Positions 9,971 to 18,822 of a DNA stretch of 44,442 bases are shown here, one piece after another. Below the pieces are notes generated by a model, which did not search any database, was not told the origin of the DNA, and worked only from the letters and a program-made list of their open reading frames with translations. Source of the stretch: Candidatus Margulisiibacteriota bacterium (GTDB taxonomy: Bacteria > Margulisbacteria > WOR-1 > O2-12-FULL-45-9); NCBI GenBank assembly GCA_034723395.1, contig JAYEOW010000019.1, positions 1-44,442 on the forward strand, in the 5' to 3' direction. How positions within the stretch are numbered: position 1 is the first letter of the stretch; each line of letters begins with the position of its first letter. A program made the translations under genes and the position numbers.

Positions 9971-10008
9971 AAAAAAAGGACAAACGGTTGAAGATTACGC
10001 GTTTGTCC
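9971..10008 (-). terminator. Rho-independent terminator
   Basis: Stem GGACAAACG(9978-9986)/CGTTTGTCC(10000-10008) followed by 7 T on the minus strand, just after the stop of 10026..12068. Confidence 0.7.
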
Positions 10009-10025
10009 TGATAAGTTTTAGGATC

Positions 10026-12068
10026 TTAGGCTAATTCTAATTCCTTGACAAGTTTACTCACAATAGTGGTTGCGCCGTTTTCGAAGAGAAACTGCCAGGA
10101 GAGAGCTTGAAACGCTTTTTTTATTTTTTGGATGCCGGGCTTGTCAATTTCTATTTCTCGGGCGTAACGGACGACTCTTTTGAATTTTTTTTCTAAAAAA
10201 AATAGTTTTCGTTCGTTGGGGACACTCTCATTGTATTTTCCTAAAAGAAAAACCAGCTCTCCTTCATTTGCGTCTTCCTGTCGATTGCAGATAAGGATGT
10301 ACGAAAGATTATCTTCGGATTTATGTCCTGTCCAAACCCGGCGTTCTTCAAAGACCATGCTTTTAATATCTTGGGCCTCTATTTCTGTTCCGGCTCTAGA
10401 ATTGTATTTGTCCGCAGAACCTCTTCTTGAGTCAGGATTAACGCGCAGCATGACTTTATCTCCCTGCATGCGTGCTTCATACACCAGCGAACCTTCAACC
10501 TTGAAGACTTCGGAGAGGGCCTCTAAATGATGGAGATGCCTTGCTTTGGTCCTTTTTGTAAACCAGGGATGGTCAAGAATGGTTCCTATAGTTAAAGGAG
10601 ATTTGTCAGCCAGCTTTGTTATTAGGGCAAAGGGATGATCGGGGACGACTACGCCGGCGGTTGTAAATTGACTGAGAAATTGTCTAAACCCTTTTTGGGA
10701 ATCCTTTTGCCGCATGGTTTCTAGGGTGAGTGGAATATCTTTGCGAACTTTTAATCCTTGTAATGGGAAGTCTCTTGTTACATAGGCGGTTGGCAGCATC
10801 AGATTGATGTCGCCCTGGGGAGTTGCGTTGAAGATTCTTAACGCGCCATCTTTCAATTCTTTGATTTCGAGACGAACCGGCAAGCCTCCGTCTTCCACGG
10901 CATTAAATTTATTCAGAGGAAATGGATAATGGTTAAAATTCCGATTCAACCAGAGAATATTTCTAAGAGCTTTATGGTATTCTGGGTTTTCAATCCCATC
11001 TGTTAATTTACTAGGGGGCAAACCGAGTTGAAAACTTTCGATAACCACCGCTCTTCCTTTTTGCGAGGTCAGAGTGTCGAAAAGCTGCGGGTCAAATCCA
11101 TACATTCCTCCCTTTTGGGGTTCATCTTTTTGCTGAACGATTTCCATTACCATTCTGTATCCTTTCAGTGCAAATTGCATGGCGATGGCGATTCCACGGA
11201 AGTCAATAGGTTCGCCGAAGTAGCCAAGATCCTCGACGTTATACGAAACATAATCTTGCATAGTTCCTAGTATTTTTTTGTACTGCCGTTTTGAGACACT
11301 GATTTTATTGCCGGTATCTGGATCTACGGTGAAAATCGTGTCCTCCATGCAGACCTGCATGGACACGATGCCGTGGTTGTGTAGATAGCTGTTTTTTGGA
11401 TCAGGTCTTAATATGCCGTTTTCAAGAACCAGGCCGGGATAGAATTTCGAAGATAGAAACATAACATTTTCAGGCTTAAAGCCGAAGAAGTCGAATTTTC
11501 TAAAGGTTTCGAGAGTTCTTGCTTCGCTTTTTTCATTGGGAATGATAAGCATTTTCTGCCTGGCTAATACATTTGTCCAATGCTCTCCCCCCATCTCTTT
11601 GGCCAAATTGTGTATCCAGAAAGCTTTTTGCAGCATATGTCTTTCTCCCAGGGATAGACCCAGGAGCTTGCCAAATCCTTTGGCCTCGATTTCAAAAGCT
11701 AATTCTTTGGGTGTTATAAAGAACTTTTCGCCAAACTTTACTTTACGTGCACTATCTCTTAGTCTTGAGGCAGCCCCGCCTACGGTATGTTCAGCAAAAA
11801 ACATTCCACTTAAGACAATTATTTTTGCAGCATGGAGTTCTAGGGGGGTTACATTGATCGAGCTGCGAGTGACCAGACTGTCGGGATTGCGGTCCACATT
11901 TTCAAGACCCTGATATCTGAGAAGCTCAACCTGGGACTGTTTTAGATCTCGCATGCTTGCTTGGGAAAGTTTTTGACCGAAATGTTTCTGAAGTTTTGCC
12001 TGGGCAACGTCACGGAAGCTCCGCATATAGGTTTCATGTGACCTTAAATCTAGGCGCATTCTACTCAT
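10026..12068 (-). CDS. Divergent UDPGP/UAP-family (eukaryote-type) sugar-1-phosphate uridylyltransferase with C-terminal extension
   Basis: GGAASRL (cf. GG.GTRL), HNHG (cf. PxGHG), YNVEDL (cf. NVDNL), QKGG, N.NFN in family order. Confidence 0.6.
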   Translation of the reverse strand: MSRMRLDLRSHETYMRSFRDVAQAKLQKHFGQKLSQASMRDLKQSQVELLRYQGLENVDRNPDSLVTRSSINVTPLELHAAKIIVLSGMFFAEHTVGGAASRLRDSARKVKFGEKFFITPKELAFEIEAKGFGKLLGLSLGERHMLQKAFWIHNLAKEMGGEHWTNVLARQKMLIIPNEKSEARTLETFRKFDFFGFKPENVMFLSSKFYPGLVLENGILRPDPKNSYLHNHGIVSMQVCMEDTIFTVDPDTGNKISVSKRQYKKILGTMQDYVSYNVEDLGYFGEPIDFRGIAIAMQFALKGYRMVMEIVQQKDEPQKGGMYGFDPQLFDTLTSQKGRAVVIESFQLGLPPSKLTDGIENPEYHKALRNILWLNRNFNHYPFPLNKFNAVEDGGLPVRLEIKELKDGALRIFNATPQGDINLMLPTAYVTRDFPLQGLKVRKDIPLTLETMRQKDSQKGFRQFLSQFTTAGVVVPDHPFALITKLADKSPLTIGTILDHPWFTKRTKARHLHHLEALSEVFKVEGSLVYEARMQGDKVMLRVNPDSRRGSADKYNSRAGTEIEAQDIKSMVFEERRVWTGHKSEDNLSYILICNRQEDANEGELVFLLGKYNESVPNERKLFFLEKKFKRVVRYAREIEIDKPGIQKIKKAFQALSWQFLFENGATTIVSKLVKELELA

Positions 12069-12112
12069 TTTTTATCATCCCTTTCTAAAATATTTCTGTT
12101 TGGTCCTATTTA

Positions 12113-12141
12113 TATATCGATGAAAAACAAGAAAAATTTCA
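12113..12141 (-). promoter_or_regulatory. Sigma-28-like promoter motif TGAAA-N16-TCGATATA
   Basis: In the 80-nt gap upstream of ATG 12068. Confidence 0.75.
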
Positions 12142-12148
12142 CTTAATT

Positions 12149-13474
12149 TTAGGATTTAATATTTTTATAGTAAATTATCGAGGTCACACTTGCGGCATCT
12201 TCCGGAGTGTTTCCCCTGCCGCCTTTGCCAAGCGAGGCAGCCCTTTGGTTAACAAGCTTGCTTGATGATTCGCTGTACATGGTTACTTCAGAGCCATTTC
12301 CCAGCGCGACCGCAGCTTTTGCCCCAAGCTTTACCATGGTTTCTGCCGCTTCTTCCATGATAGGACCGTCCTTAAAAGGAATGCCGTCAAATGTGGCAGC
12401 GATGCCCGCTCCGGTTGCGGAAATTCCGAGCATGGTTAAAGGACATCTTGATCTCCTGATTTGTTTGAAGGTGACTTCTCTATTTTCCATATCAAGGGAA
12501 AAATCATGTTCGGTATAACCTGATCTGATGAGCGCTTTCTGGACCATCTGTGAATCCAGTTCCACCGTTTCGATTTTTCCGGGGATAGCGATCCCGGATT
12601 CTAATGCGTTTATGATTTCACTTTGGGTTACGATGGGGCAGGTTTCATTGGGCTTAATAAAGCGTCTCATGGTCGCGAATTTTGGAATTGTAAAGGCGAC
12701 TTCCTGTCCCTTTATCGCAGCCTCAGCAAGTTCAGGGCTATCTGCCATTTGCTGTGCCCCAAGGGATCCTCCGCATTTTTCCACCCTTTCCACGCTGAAA
12801 CTATGTCCGGGTTTTAGCAGTGTAAATCTTGGCAAACGAAAAATATGGGTGAAGTTTCCCGTAAATGATCGATAGAGGCTGCTTTCTATTAAATCTACTG
12901 CTTTGGCATCTCTAACCGTCTGCTGTCCGTATATTGCATGAATAACGTCAGGGGCCTCTCTCAGATTTCCCCCTTTAATTGTAAGATCTCCAATATCAAT
13001 TCTGCCGTCCTGTAAAATTGTGAAACATGAGCGGGCACCATCTGGATTTTGGCGGCTGGTATAAAACTCTCTTGTGCTTCCTTCTGTCCGAAGGAGAATA
13101 TCGTATGGATGAGAGAATAAATTATTTCCGTTTGTTGCAGCTATTATTTTTGCCGGTGGATGTGTTTGTCTAAAATCCTGCAAATATTGAGCGAAATTCT
13201 GGATATGGCTAAAACAGGCTCCCGGATTAAGCTGCCAATGTTCTTTTACTTGGTCCATGCCTTCGCTAAATAAAGGATAAAGCTTTATTGCCTGAGGATC
13301 AAAAATCAGGATTGTCACCCTTGACTGGCCGGTGTTTCCAGCCAATGGATTGTAACCAAAGTTTACGGTTGCCTGTTCTATTTTGTGGAAGCGGCTCTTT
13401 TCCAAAACACGATTATTTTTCGGCGCAAGAGCTCCCTGTAAATTTATCCAAGGTCGAAATCCGACTGATTTCAT
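12149..13474 (-). CDS. Divergent phosphodiester glycosidase (NAGPA/DUF2233-like) protein
   Basis: IAATNG (cf. AAINGG), RCPLTMLG (cf. HPRTAIG), DG...G...EEAAETMVKLGAKAAVALGNGS (cf. LGA..A.NLDGGGS). Confidence 0.6.
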   Translation of the reverse strand: MKSVGFRPWINLQGALAPKNNRVLEKSRFHKIEQATVNFGYNPLAGNTGQSRVTILIFDPQAIKLYPLFSEGMDQVKEHWQLNPGACFSHIQNFAQYLQDFRQTHPPAKIIAATNGNNLFSHPYDILLRTEGSTREFYTSRQNPDGARSCFTILQDGRIDIGDLTIKGGNLREAPDVIHAIYGQQTVRDAKAVDLIESSLYRSFTGNFTHIFRLPRFTLLKPGHSFSVERVEKCGGSLGAQQMADSPELAEAAIKGQEVAFTIPKFATMRRFIKPNETCPIVTQSEIINALESGIAIPGKIETVELDSQMVQKALIRSGYTEHDFSLDMENREVTFKQIRRSRCPLTMLGISATGAGIAATFDGIPFKDGPIMEEAAETMVKLGAKAAVALGNGSEVTMYSESSSKLVNQRAASLGKGGRGNTPEDAASVTSIIYYKNIKS

Positions 13475-13479
13475 AAGAT

Positions 13480-13508
13480 ATTATCGAGAGTTTTTATAAA
13501 TAATTTCA
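13480..13508 (-). promoter_or_regulatory. Sigma-28-like promoter motif TGAAA-N16-TCGATAAT, probably leaderless
   Basis: Only 5 nt between the motif and ATG 13474; no RBS. Confidence 0.75.
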
Positions 13509-13510
13509 AT

Positions 13511-13535
13511 TTTTATCAAAGACTCATTGATAAAA
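13511..13535. promoter_or_regulatory. Palindrome TTTTATCAA-N7-TTGATAAAA between divergent promoters (possible operator)
   Basis: Perfect 9-bp inverted repeat, but in an AT-rich context. Confidence 0.4.
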
Positions 13536-13557
13536 CTTTACAAAAACAAATATTCCG

Positions 13558-13586
13558 TGCAATTTTCACTAAAAGTTAACGATAAT
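13558..13586 (+). promoter_or_regulatory. Sigma-28-like promoter motif TGCAA-N16-ACGATAAT
   Basis: 8 nt upstream of ATG 13595. Confidence 0.7.
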
Positions 13587-13594
13587 ATATTAGA

Positions 13595-14668
13595 ATGAGC
13601 ATGAATAGAATATCTAGATTTATAATTCAAAAAAGAATGGACTATCGAGGGAGCTCTTTTATGGAACGGGACCTAAGGTTGCGGGCTTACCGTGATTCGG
13701 GCTTGCAGGATAAGGCTCTCCGTCGCGAAGTTGTTGATGCGGCGGTCGATCCTAGACATTATTATAGTCTCCCTTTAATCGCCGCGCTAAGAGATATTCA
13801 TATTCTCACTACTCCCTGGCAGCCGATCACTTTTGAGTCGATCTCACAGCGTTTTATTGCAGCCAACTCACTGTCGGTGGTTGAAGCCGTGATCGGACAT
13901 GTATTTGAGAGTGGGTGGGGGAGGCAGGCGGGAGATCAAAGATTACAACATTTATCGATGCGAGCTTGCCATCCCCACATTGAAATGGGGCAGACGCAAG
14001 AGCTTCTATCCGCTTTTGGGATAAATCCGCATTATTATATACCTGCAAGACATCCTTGGAATCTTAATCCGGAGTGGTTTTTTGGGACTTATCACAATGT
14101 GATAGAAGGACTTATTAAAGATATAGCATTAAAGGTCTGTGAGCGCTTTACCAGCGATCCGATGGATCGGGCGAGACTCCTTTCTCTTTCATTAATAATA
14201 GAGAGTGCTTTACGGCTAGAATTAAGAAAGATAATCCCTCACGATTATCTTTCGGACCAGGAAATTGCGGATGCGCGAAGGTTAACTGATATGTTGACCG
14301 AAGAGCATTCTCCCTGGATAAGGAGCGCTTATCATTTTACCAGGAAAGAGCTTTTTCCCAGTATTTTAGAGCATGGATTAAATGTTGATTATTTTCCCGA
14401 AGGGGTGGAACAGCCAGATATAGTCTGTTTTAATAATTTCCAGAGGGCAGGGGCGTCGGATATCGCTTTAGGATTTAACGGGTATTATGTCCGAGATATA
14501 TTATTGAGGGTCCCGCTTGAAAGTGTTGGCCCAGGACATAAGTCAATTTCCCAAGAACTGGGAGATTATAATGCCGATTACCAGGCAACGCAGGTTCCGG
14601 TCGATAGGATATCGGTGGTTGATCCTTATAATTCTACGCGGGTGATCCCTTTAGCCGAGTTTGTTTAA
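13595..14668 (+). CDS. Hypothetical protein with C-terminal ADP-ribosyltransferase/KptA-like fold
   Basis: AYHFTRKELFPSILEHGL (cf. LYHxT....L.SIL..GL), VCF, LLRV, DY...QVPVDRI. Confidence 0.5.
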   Translation: MSMNRISRFIIQKRMDYRGSSFMERDLRLRAYRDSGLQDKALRREVVDAAVDPRHYYSLPLIAALRDIHILTTPWQPITFESISQRFIAANSLSVVEAVIGHVFESGWGRQAGDQRLQHLSMRACHPHIEMGQTQELLSAFGINPHYYIPARHPWNLNPEWFFGTYHNVIEGLIKDIALKVCERFTSDPMDRARLLSLSLIIESALRLELRKIIPHDYLSDQEIADARRLTDMLTEEHSPWIRSAYHFTRKELFPSILEHGLNVDYFPEGVEQPDIVCFNNFQRAGASDIALGFNGYYVRDILLRVPLESVGPGHKSISQELGDYNADYQATQVPVDRISVVDPYNSTRVIPLAEFV

Positions 14669-16263
14669 GCCTCGTCTGCCCGCAGATCGATTGCTTCATA
14701 ATAAATAGCTTCGTAAAGTTCTGCGGCCCTTGACCACGAATTATTTTGCCGCATAGCTTGTGTGCTCATCTCTAAATATTTTTCCTGGTCACCTTGATAT
14801 ACATTGCTAGCCCGCCGAATCCCTTCAATGATATGGATTACACTGGAGCCACCCAAATGAAATCCTGTACTCATGTCTTTGATTGTATCAGCTAGCCCTC
14901 CAGTGCGGTTAGCAATAACTGGTAATCCAAGCTTTAAGGCCTTTAACTGGCCAAGGCCGCACGGTTCAAATTGTGAAGGCATTGAAAGATAGCTTCCACC
15001 GGCCAAGACTAATGCTTCCAGATTCTCCCGTGTAAGGATAGGGGAGACATCATCATCAAAACCAAAGATAGCGACGCGATTGGGAAATTTGCTGCCAAGA
15101 TCGCGAATTCTTTCTTCATAAGTCTCTCCTTTGGCTTCTGACCCGACGGTGGCAAAATAGAGACGAGGATTCTCTTTCATCAATGTATGAAGCGCGGCGA
15201 TCGTCGCATCGGTCCCTTTTTGTTCTGCCCAGCGGCCGGTCGCGGAGAGGATCAAACTATTATCGTCAATATTTAATTGGCCGACTTCGGCCAAAAGTTT
15301 TCGAGCGGCCATTCTCCCGCCTAAATTGTCAGGGGAATATTTTTCTGGCAACGATCCATTCTCTACGAAACGTTCTACACAATAATTGTCAGGAATCCCG
15401 TTGAGGACGGCACGGGTTCTCTCTTCGATGCTCTGGAGCAGACCATCATATAGCTTGGCCGGCATCGGTACGTCCCCTGAAATTGCTTCCTTTCTATAAG
15501 TAGGACTTACAAAAACGACCCTATCGGCAAACCTAAAAGCGGCTTTATGGGGATCGATCCTGCCAAAAAATTCCATCCCTTCAGTGCTATATGCCCAGGG
15601 ATTATTTTCACCGGTTAAATGCCTAAAATCCTCCATCGAGATCGGAGTTGTATAAGTAAGGTTGTGCACATTATAGACAAAAGGGAGCTTTTTTAGCTTT
15701 GGGTCAAAATGCCTTAAAAAATATCCGAGAAATCCGGTCGCCCAGTCGTGCCCATGGATAAGGTCGGGAGTAGTTATCCGCCGATTACCGTTGGTATATT
15801 CGTATTGCGTCCGGCTGTAAAAATCGGCCGCTACTTTATCAAAGAACAAGAAACGTGAGGCGTCATCCGGGTATCCGTAAATCCGATTCCGGTTCCCAAA
15901 CCAGTTTCCCGCCTTAGTATCGACAAAGTAGTATTTTATAAACTCCGGACGGTTAGCGCCAAGGGGGATATCCATACTTAAAATCCAGGTTTCAACCTCT
16001 GGGTGATGGCCGAGTTTCATGGTTAGGTTAGGGGCGGGGCGTATATCAACTTTTTGTCCGCGGAAATGGACATCTCTGATTGCCCGTTCGATTGTTCCGG
16101 TAAAGGAGGGGACAAAGACCGAGACCGAATGTCCTCTCTGCACTAACGCTTTAGAGAGGCCGTGGACGGCATCCGCTAATCCGCCGGTTGTCCGCAGCGG
16201 CGGAATCTCCGGGGTAACCATCCATATATGTAACGGTCTTCTATTTGTTCTCGTTGCTCGCAC
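14665..16263 (-). CDS. glgA: Glycogen/starch synthase, GT5 (divergent)
   Basis: TPEIPPLRTTGGLAD, IHGHDWATG, VHNL.Y, VSPTY, GRWAEQKG, MPSQFEPCGLGQL, TGGLADTI. Confidence 0.85.
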   Translation of the reverse strand: MRATRTNRRPLHIWMVTPEIPPLRTTGGLADAVHGLSKALVQRGHSVSVFVPSFTGTIERAIRDVHFRGQKVDIRPAPNLTMKLGHHPEVETWILSMDIPLGANRPEFIKYYFVDTKAGNWFGNRNRIYGYPDDASRFLFFDKVAADFYSRTQYEYTNGNRRITTPDLIHGHDWATGFLGYFLRHFDPKLKKLPFVYNVHNLTYTTPISMEDFRHLTGENNPWAYSTEGMEFFGRIDPHKAAFRFADRVVFVSPTYRKEAISGDVPMPAKLYDGLLQSIEERTRAVLNGIPDNYCVERFVENGSLPEKYSPDNLGGRMAARKLLAEVGQLNIDDNSLILSATGRWAEQKGTDATIAALHTLMKENPRLYFATVGSEAKGETYEERIRDLGSKFPNRVAIFGFDDDVSPILTRENLEALVLAGGSYLSMPSQFEPCGLGQLKALKLGLPVIANRTGGLADTIKDMSTGFHLGGSSVIHIIEGIRRASNVYQGDQEKYLEMSTQAMRQNNSWSRAAELYEAIYYEAIDLRADEA

Positions 16264-16265
16264 AA

Positions 16266-18356
16266 TTAAACCTCACTAAGGTAACTTCCCATTAATGCTC
16301 TTCCGTTATATTTAGCGATTGTTCTGCACATAGCTTCGACCTTGTCGCCGAGGCCGGGAGCGTTTTCTCCTCTTCCCCTTTCAAAACGATGCAGATTCTC
16401 GGTGATCCGTCCGGCGACCTTGCGGAAATTTCCGATAAAACCGTTAGCTAAGAGAAAAGGCGAGAGCCCTACTAAAGATCGATTGGCCCAAAGATCGTCG
16501 TGCAGGCTGTGGTTTCCGACAAAAGTGGTCGGACCGTAAATGTGTACGGTTGGCAGCGAAGCGAGCGATCCTGCTCCCCCGTCGTCGGGGCCGATAATAT
16601 AGGCGCCGTTGGCGGCCGCTTTCATATAACTGGGGCCGAAAGCTTCGGTCCCTTGTGACCGCTTGTGGCTAATCGGATTAGTTGCCCCGACCCAGCAGCC
16701 GGACATCGCCAGCCCCGGAAAGATCCAGGGAGCTTTATCTATATCGTAACCAATCAGAAAATCGGCTTTAAATTTTCCACCGCGATTATTTATGTTTTGT
16801 ATAAGACCTAAAAGATTTTGCAGGCTGTCGATCGAAGGGTGATCGGCCTGGTGGGCGAGGCCGCCGAGGAGATAAAAGATCGGTCTTTTCAGGTCGGCAG
16901 CAATTTCCTCGAATATCTCATGCTGTCTCAGGATATCCGTTAAGAGACCTATTTTATACTTGGTCGCCCGGCGCAGGGAGGCGATAATAATTGCTTCTTT
17001 CGGGATGTTTTCTCCGAATTTTGTGGGAAAGTTTTCATTCAGCATTTTAAGTAAATGAGTGTGTTGAATGTCAAAAGCCTGGGCCAAATCTTCCCGAAAA
17101 CCGGGGTTTAGCCGAAGGCGGTCGATAACCGTCCTTTTTCCCAGTATTGAAGGATTTTCCCTCCATTCAGGAAAATGTTTATCCAAAGCCCCAAGTGTTC
17201 CTATCCCCAGCCACCGGTCCATGGCGATTGTGTCCGGAAAAAGTTTGAGCGAGCCGGCGTCCACGTTACCTGGAAGAAGCTGTGGAGCGTCGCTGGAAAA
17301 ACCGCGGCGTCGGGCTTTTTCTTCCGCGCCGGTCACCATCAGGTGGAGAGGGGATACCCCTCCGGCAGAATGGCTTAGCGAAATTTCCGCAAACATAGCA
17401 TTGGTCATTTTCCCGTCTTCAGCCCCGAAAAACCCCCATATTTTTTCAGCCTCTTCCGAGTAATGCCGGCGGACCATGTCCCCGTGAGTGCGGGGGACGG
17501 TCCCGACCTGAGGGGCATGAATGGTGGCCACGCATAATTTTCGGGTAAGCTGGAGGGCGACCTCCGGGTCATTATGGATTTTCAATAGATGGAGGTAGAG
17601 ATTTAATTTAAATAAGGCGGTATGGCCATCGTGTCCGATGACCAGGTCGGTAATATGGTCTTCTACGCCGATGATTCCAAAATGCTGGGCAACCTTGAAT
17701 CCGCCCGCGCCTAAAACGTGCATCTGGTCAAAATTTTCGGAAGAATCGTGTTTGGGATACATTTTTCCGGTCACTTCCGGCATCCGCAGGCGCAATGAGA
17801 GGAGAGAATCCTTCTCGCTTTCAAACCCTTTGAACAACCAAACTTCGACCGGCCGCTGTTTCCCATTAAAATTAATACTGACCGGATTACCTAAGAATTC
17901 ATAGTTGGCTGATTGTTCCGGCCGGGTACTGATAAATTTGATCCTTTGCCGGTTCCCCTCAAAAGTCTGCGAGCGTTTTTGGGTGTGGAGCAGGCTTATA
18001 TGTAAAAGACCGTAGTTATCCTGCGCGCCGTAAGTGGCTGCGGTGGACGCGATCGTCTCGCCGATGATCCCCAGTCCGCCTGCGCCTCCCGGCGGTTCAC
18101 TCTGACTCGACTGCATTTGTTGCCAGATCCGGCCTAATTCGATCGAGCGCATTCCATTGGAGGAATTAAGTAAAGTCATTGCCCGATCTTTGTAGATCTG
18201 GCGGACGAGCTGGGTTGTGGTGGGAGAGTGTAAGACTTCCATGCAGACATCAACGGCAGTCCTGTGCCCTGGATTTTGTTGTTTCAACCGGCGTTGATGC
18301 TTTACCCATTGGGCAACATATCTTAAACCAGCTTGTGAAATTTTGTTTGCCATCAT
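16266..18356 (-). CDS. Divergent alpha-glucan phosphorylase (GT35-like)
   Basis: GGLGIIG, HDGHTAL (cf. NEGHAA), TIHAP (cf. TTHTP), RRATKYK, GLAHQAD (cf. GKAHP.D), GYD, EAFGPSYMKAAANG (PLP-lysine motif). Confidence 0.75.
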   Translation of the reverse strand: MMANKISQAGLRYVAQWVKHQRRLKQQNPGHRTAVDVCMEVLHSPTTTQLVRQIYKDRAMTLLNSSNGMRSIELGRIWQQMQSSQSEPPGGAGGLGIIGETIASTAATYGAQDNYGLLHISLLHTQKRSQTFEGNRQRIKFISTRPEQSANYEFLGNPVSINFNGKQRPVEVWLFKGFESEKDSLLSLRLRMPEVTGKMYPKHDSSENFDQMHVLGAGGFKVAQHFGIIGVEDHITDLVIGHDGHTALFKLNLYLHLLKIHNDPEVALQLTRKLCVATIHAPQVGTVPRTHGDMVRRHYSEEAEKIWGFFGAEDGKMTNAMFAEISLSHSAGGVSPLHLMVTGAEEKARRRGFSSDAPQLLPGNVDAGSLKLFPDTIAMDRWLGIGTLGALDKHFPEWRENPSILGKRTVIDRLRLNPGFREDLAQAFDIQHTHLLKMLNENFPTKFGENIPKEAIIIASLRRATKYKIGLLTDILRQHEIFEEIAADLKRPIFYLLGGLAHQADHPSIDSLQNLLGLIQNINNRGGKFKADFLIGYDIDKAPWIFPGLAMSGCWVGATNPISHKRSQGTEAFGPSYMKAAANGAYIIGPDDGGAGSLASLPTVHIYGPTTFVGNHSLHDDLWANRSLVGLSPFLLANGFIGNFRKVAGRITENLHRFERGRGENAPGLGDKVEAMCRTIAKYNGRALMGSYLSEV

Positions 18357-18361
18357 GTATA

Positions 18362-18390
18362 AATATCTGCGGGGAAAAATAAAAATTTCA
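18362..18390 (-). promoter_or_regulatory. Sigma-28-like promoter motif TGAAA-N16-CAGATATT (variant), probably leaderless
   Basis: 5 nt before ATG 18356; same spacing as the other copies. Confidence 0.6.
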
Positions 18391-18399
18391 CTTTATTTA

Positions 18400-18408
18400 T
18401 GCTATAAT
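18400..18408 (+). promoter_or_regulatory. Extended -10 promoter TGCTATAAT
   Basis: 6 nt upstream of ATG 18415. Confidence 0.65.
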
Positions 18409-18414
18409 CATAAT

Positions 18415-18822
18415 ATGGTTAGAATGAAACCGAAATTTTCTGGATTTAGAAAGCGGGGGGAGAAGGTCTTCGAAAAGGGCGGGATATATATGCTCGAAGG
18501 AGAAGGGACCGACATCGGCTGTAATCTGGTTTTCCAGGAGGATATCTTTAGACCGTCATTCCTTGAGATGGAGGTGCGGGGGAAGATCGATAAAGGGGCG
18601 GAATGGACCCGGCTGCGGATCGAGATCTATGATAAAGGGAAGCCGGATGAGCCAGCCGACTCTTTTGAAGGTGATTACTTAAATCTTGATCTAAGCGAAG
18701 AACTGTTTAAGAAGCTAACTTTTCCGGTCTTAGGGATTGTAAAATGCCCGAGCAAGGTCCAGTTTATGATCGTTGGGCCCTCCAGTTCGAAGCTTGAAGT
18801 CAAAAACGTCTCTATCAGGTAA
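18415..18822 (+). CDS. Hypothetical beta-rich protein, first gene of the GH26/ABC operon
   Basis: Stop overlaps the next start (TAATG). Start moved to ATG 18415, after the extended -10. Confidence 0.6.
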   Translation: MVRMKPKFSGFRKRGEKVFEKGGIYMLEGEGTDIGCNLVFQEDIFRPSFLEMEVRGKIDKGAEWTRLRIEIYDKGKPDEPADSFEGDYLNLDLSEELFKKLTFPVLGIVKCPSKVQFMIVGPSSSKLEVKNVSIR

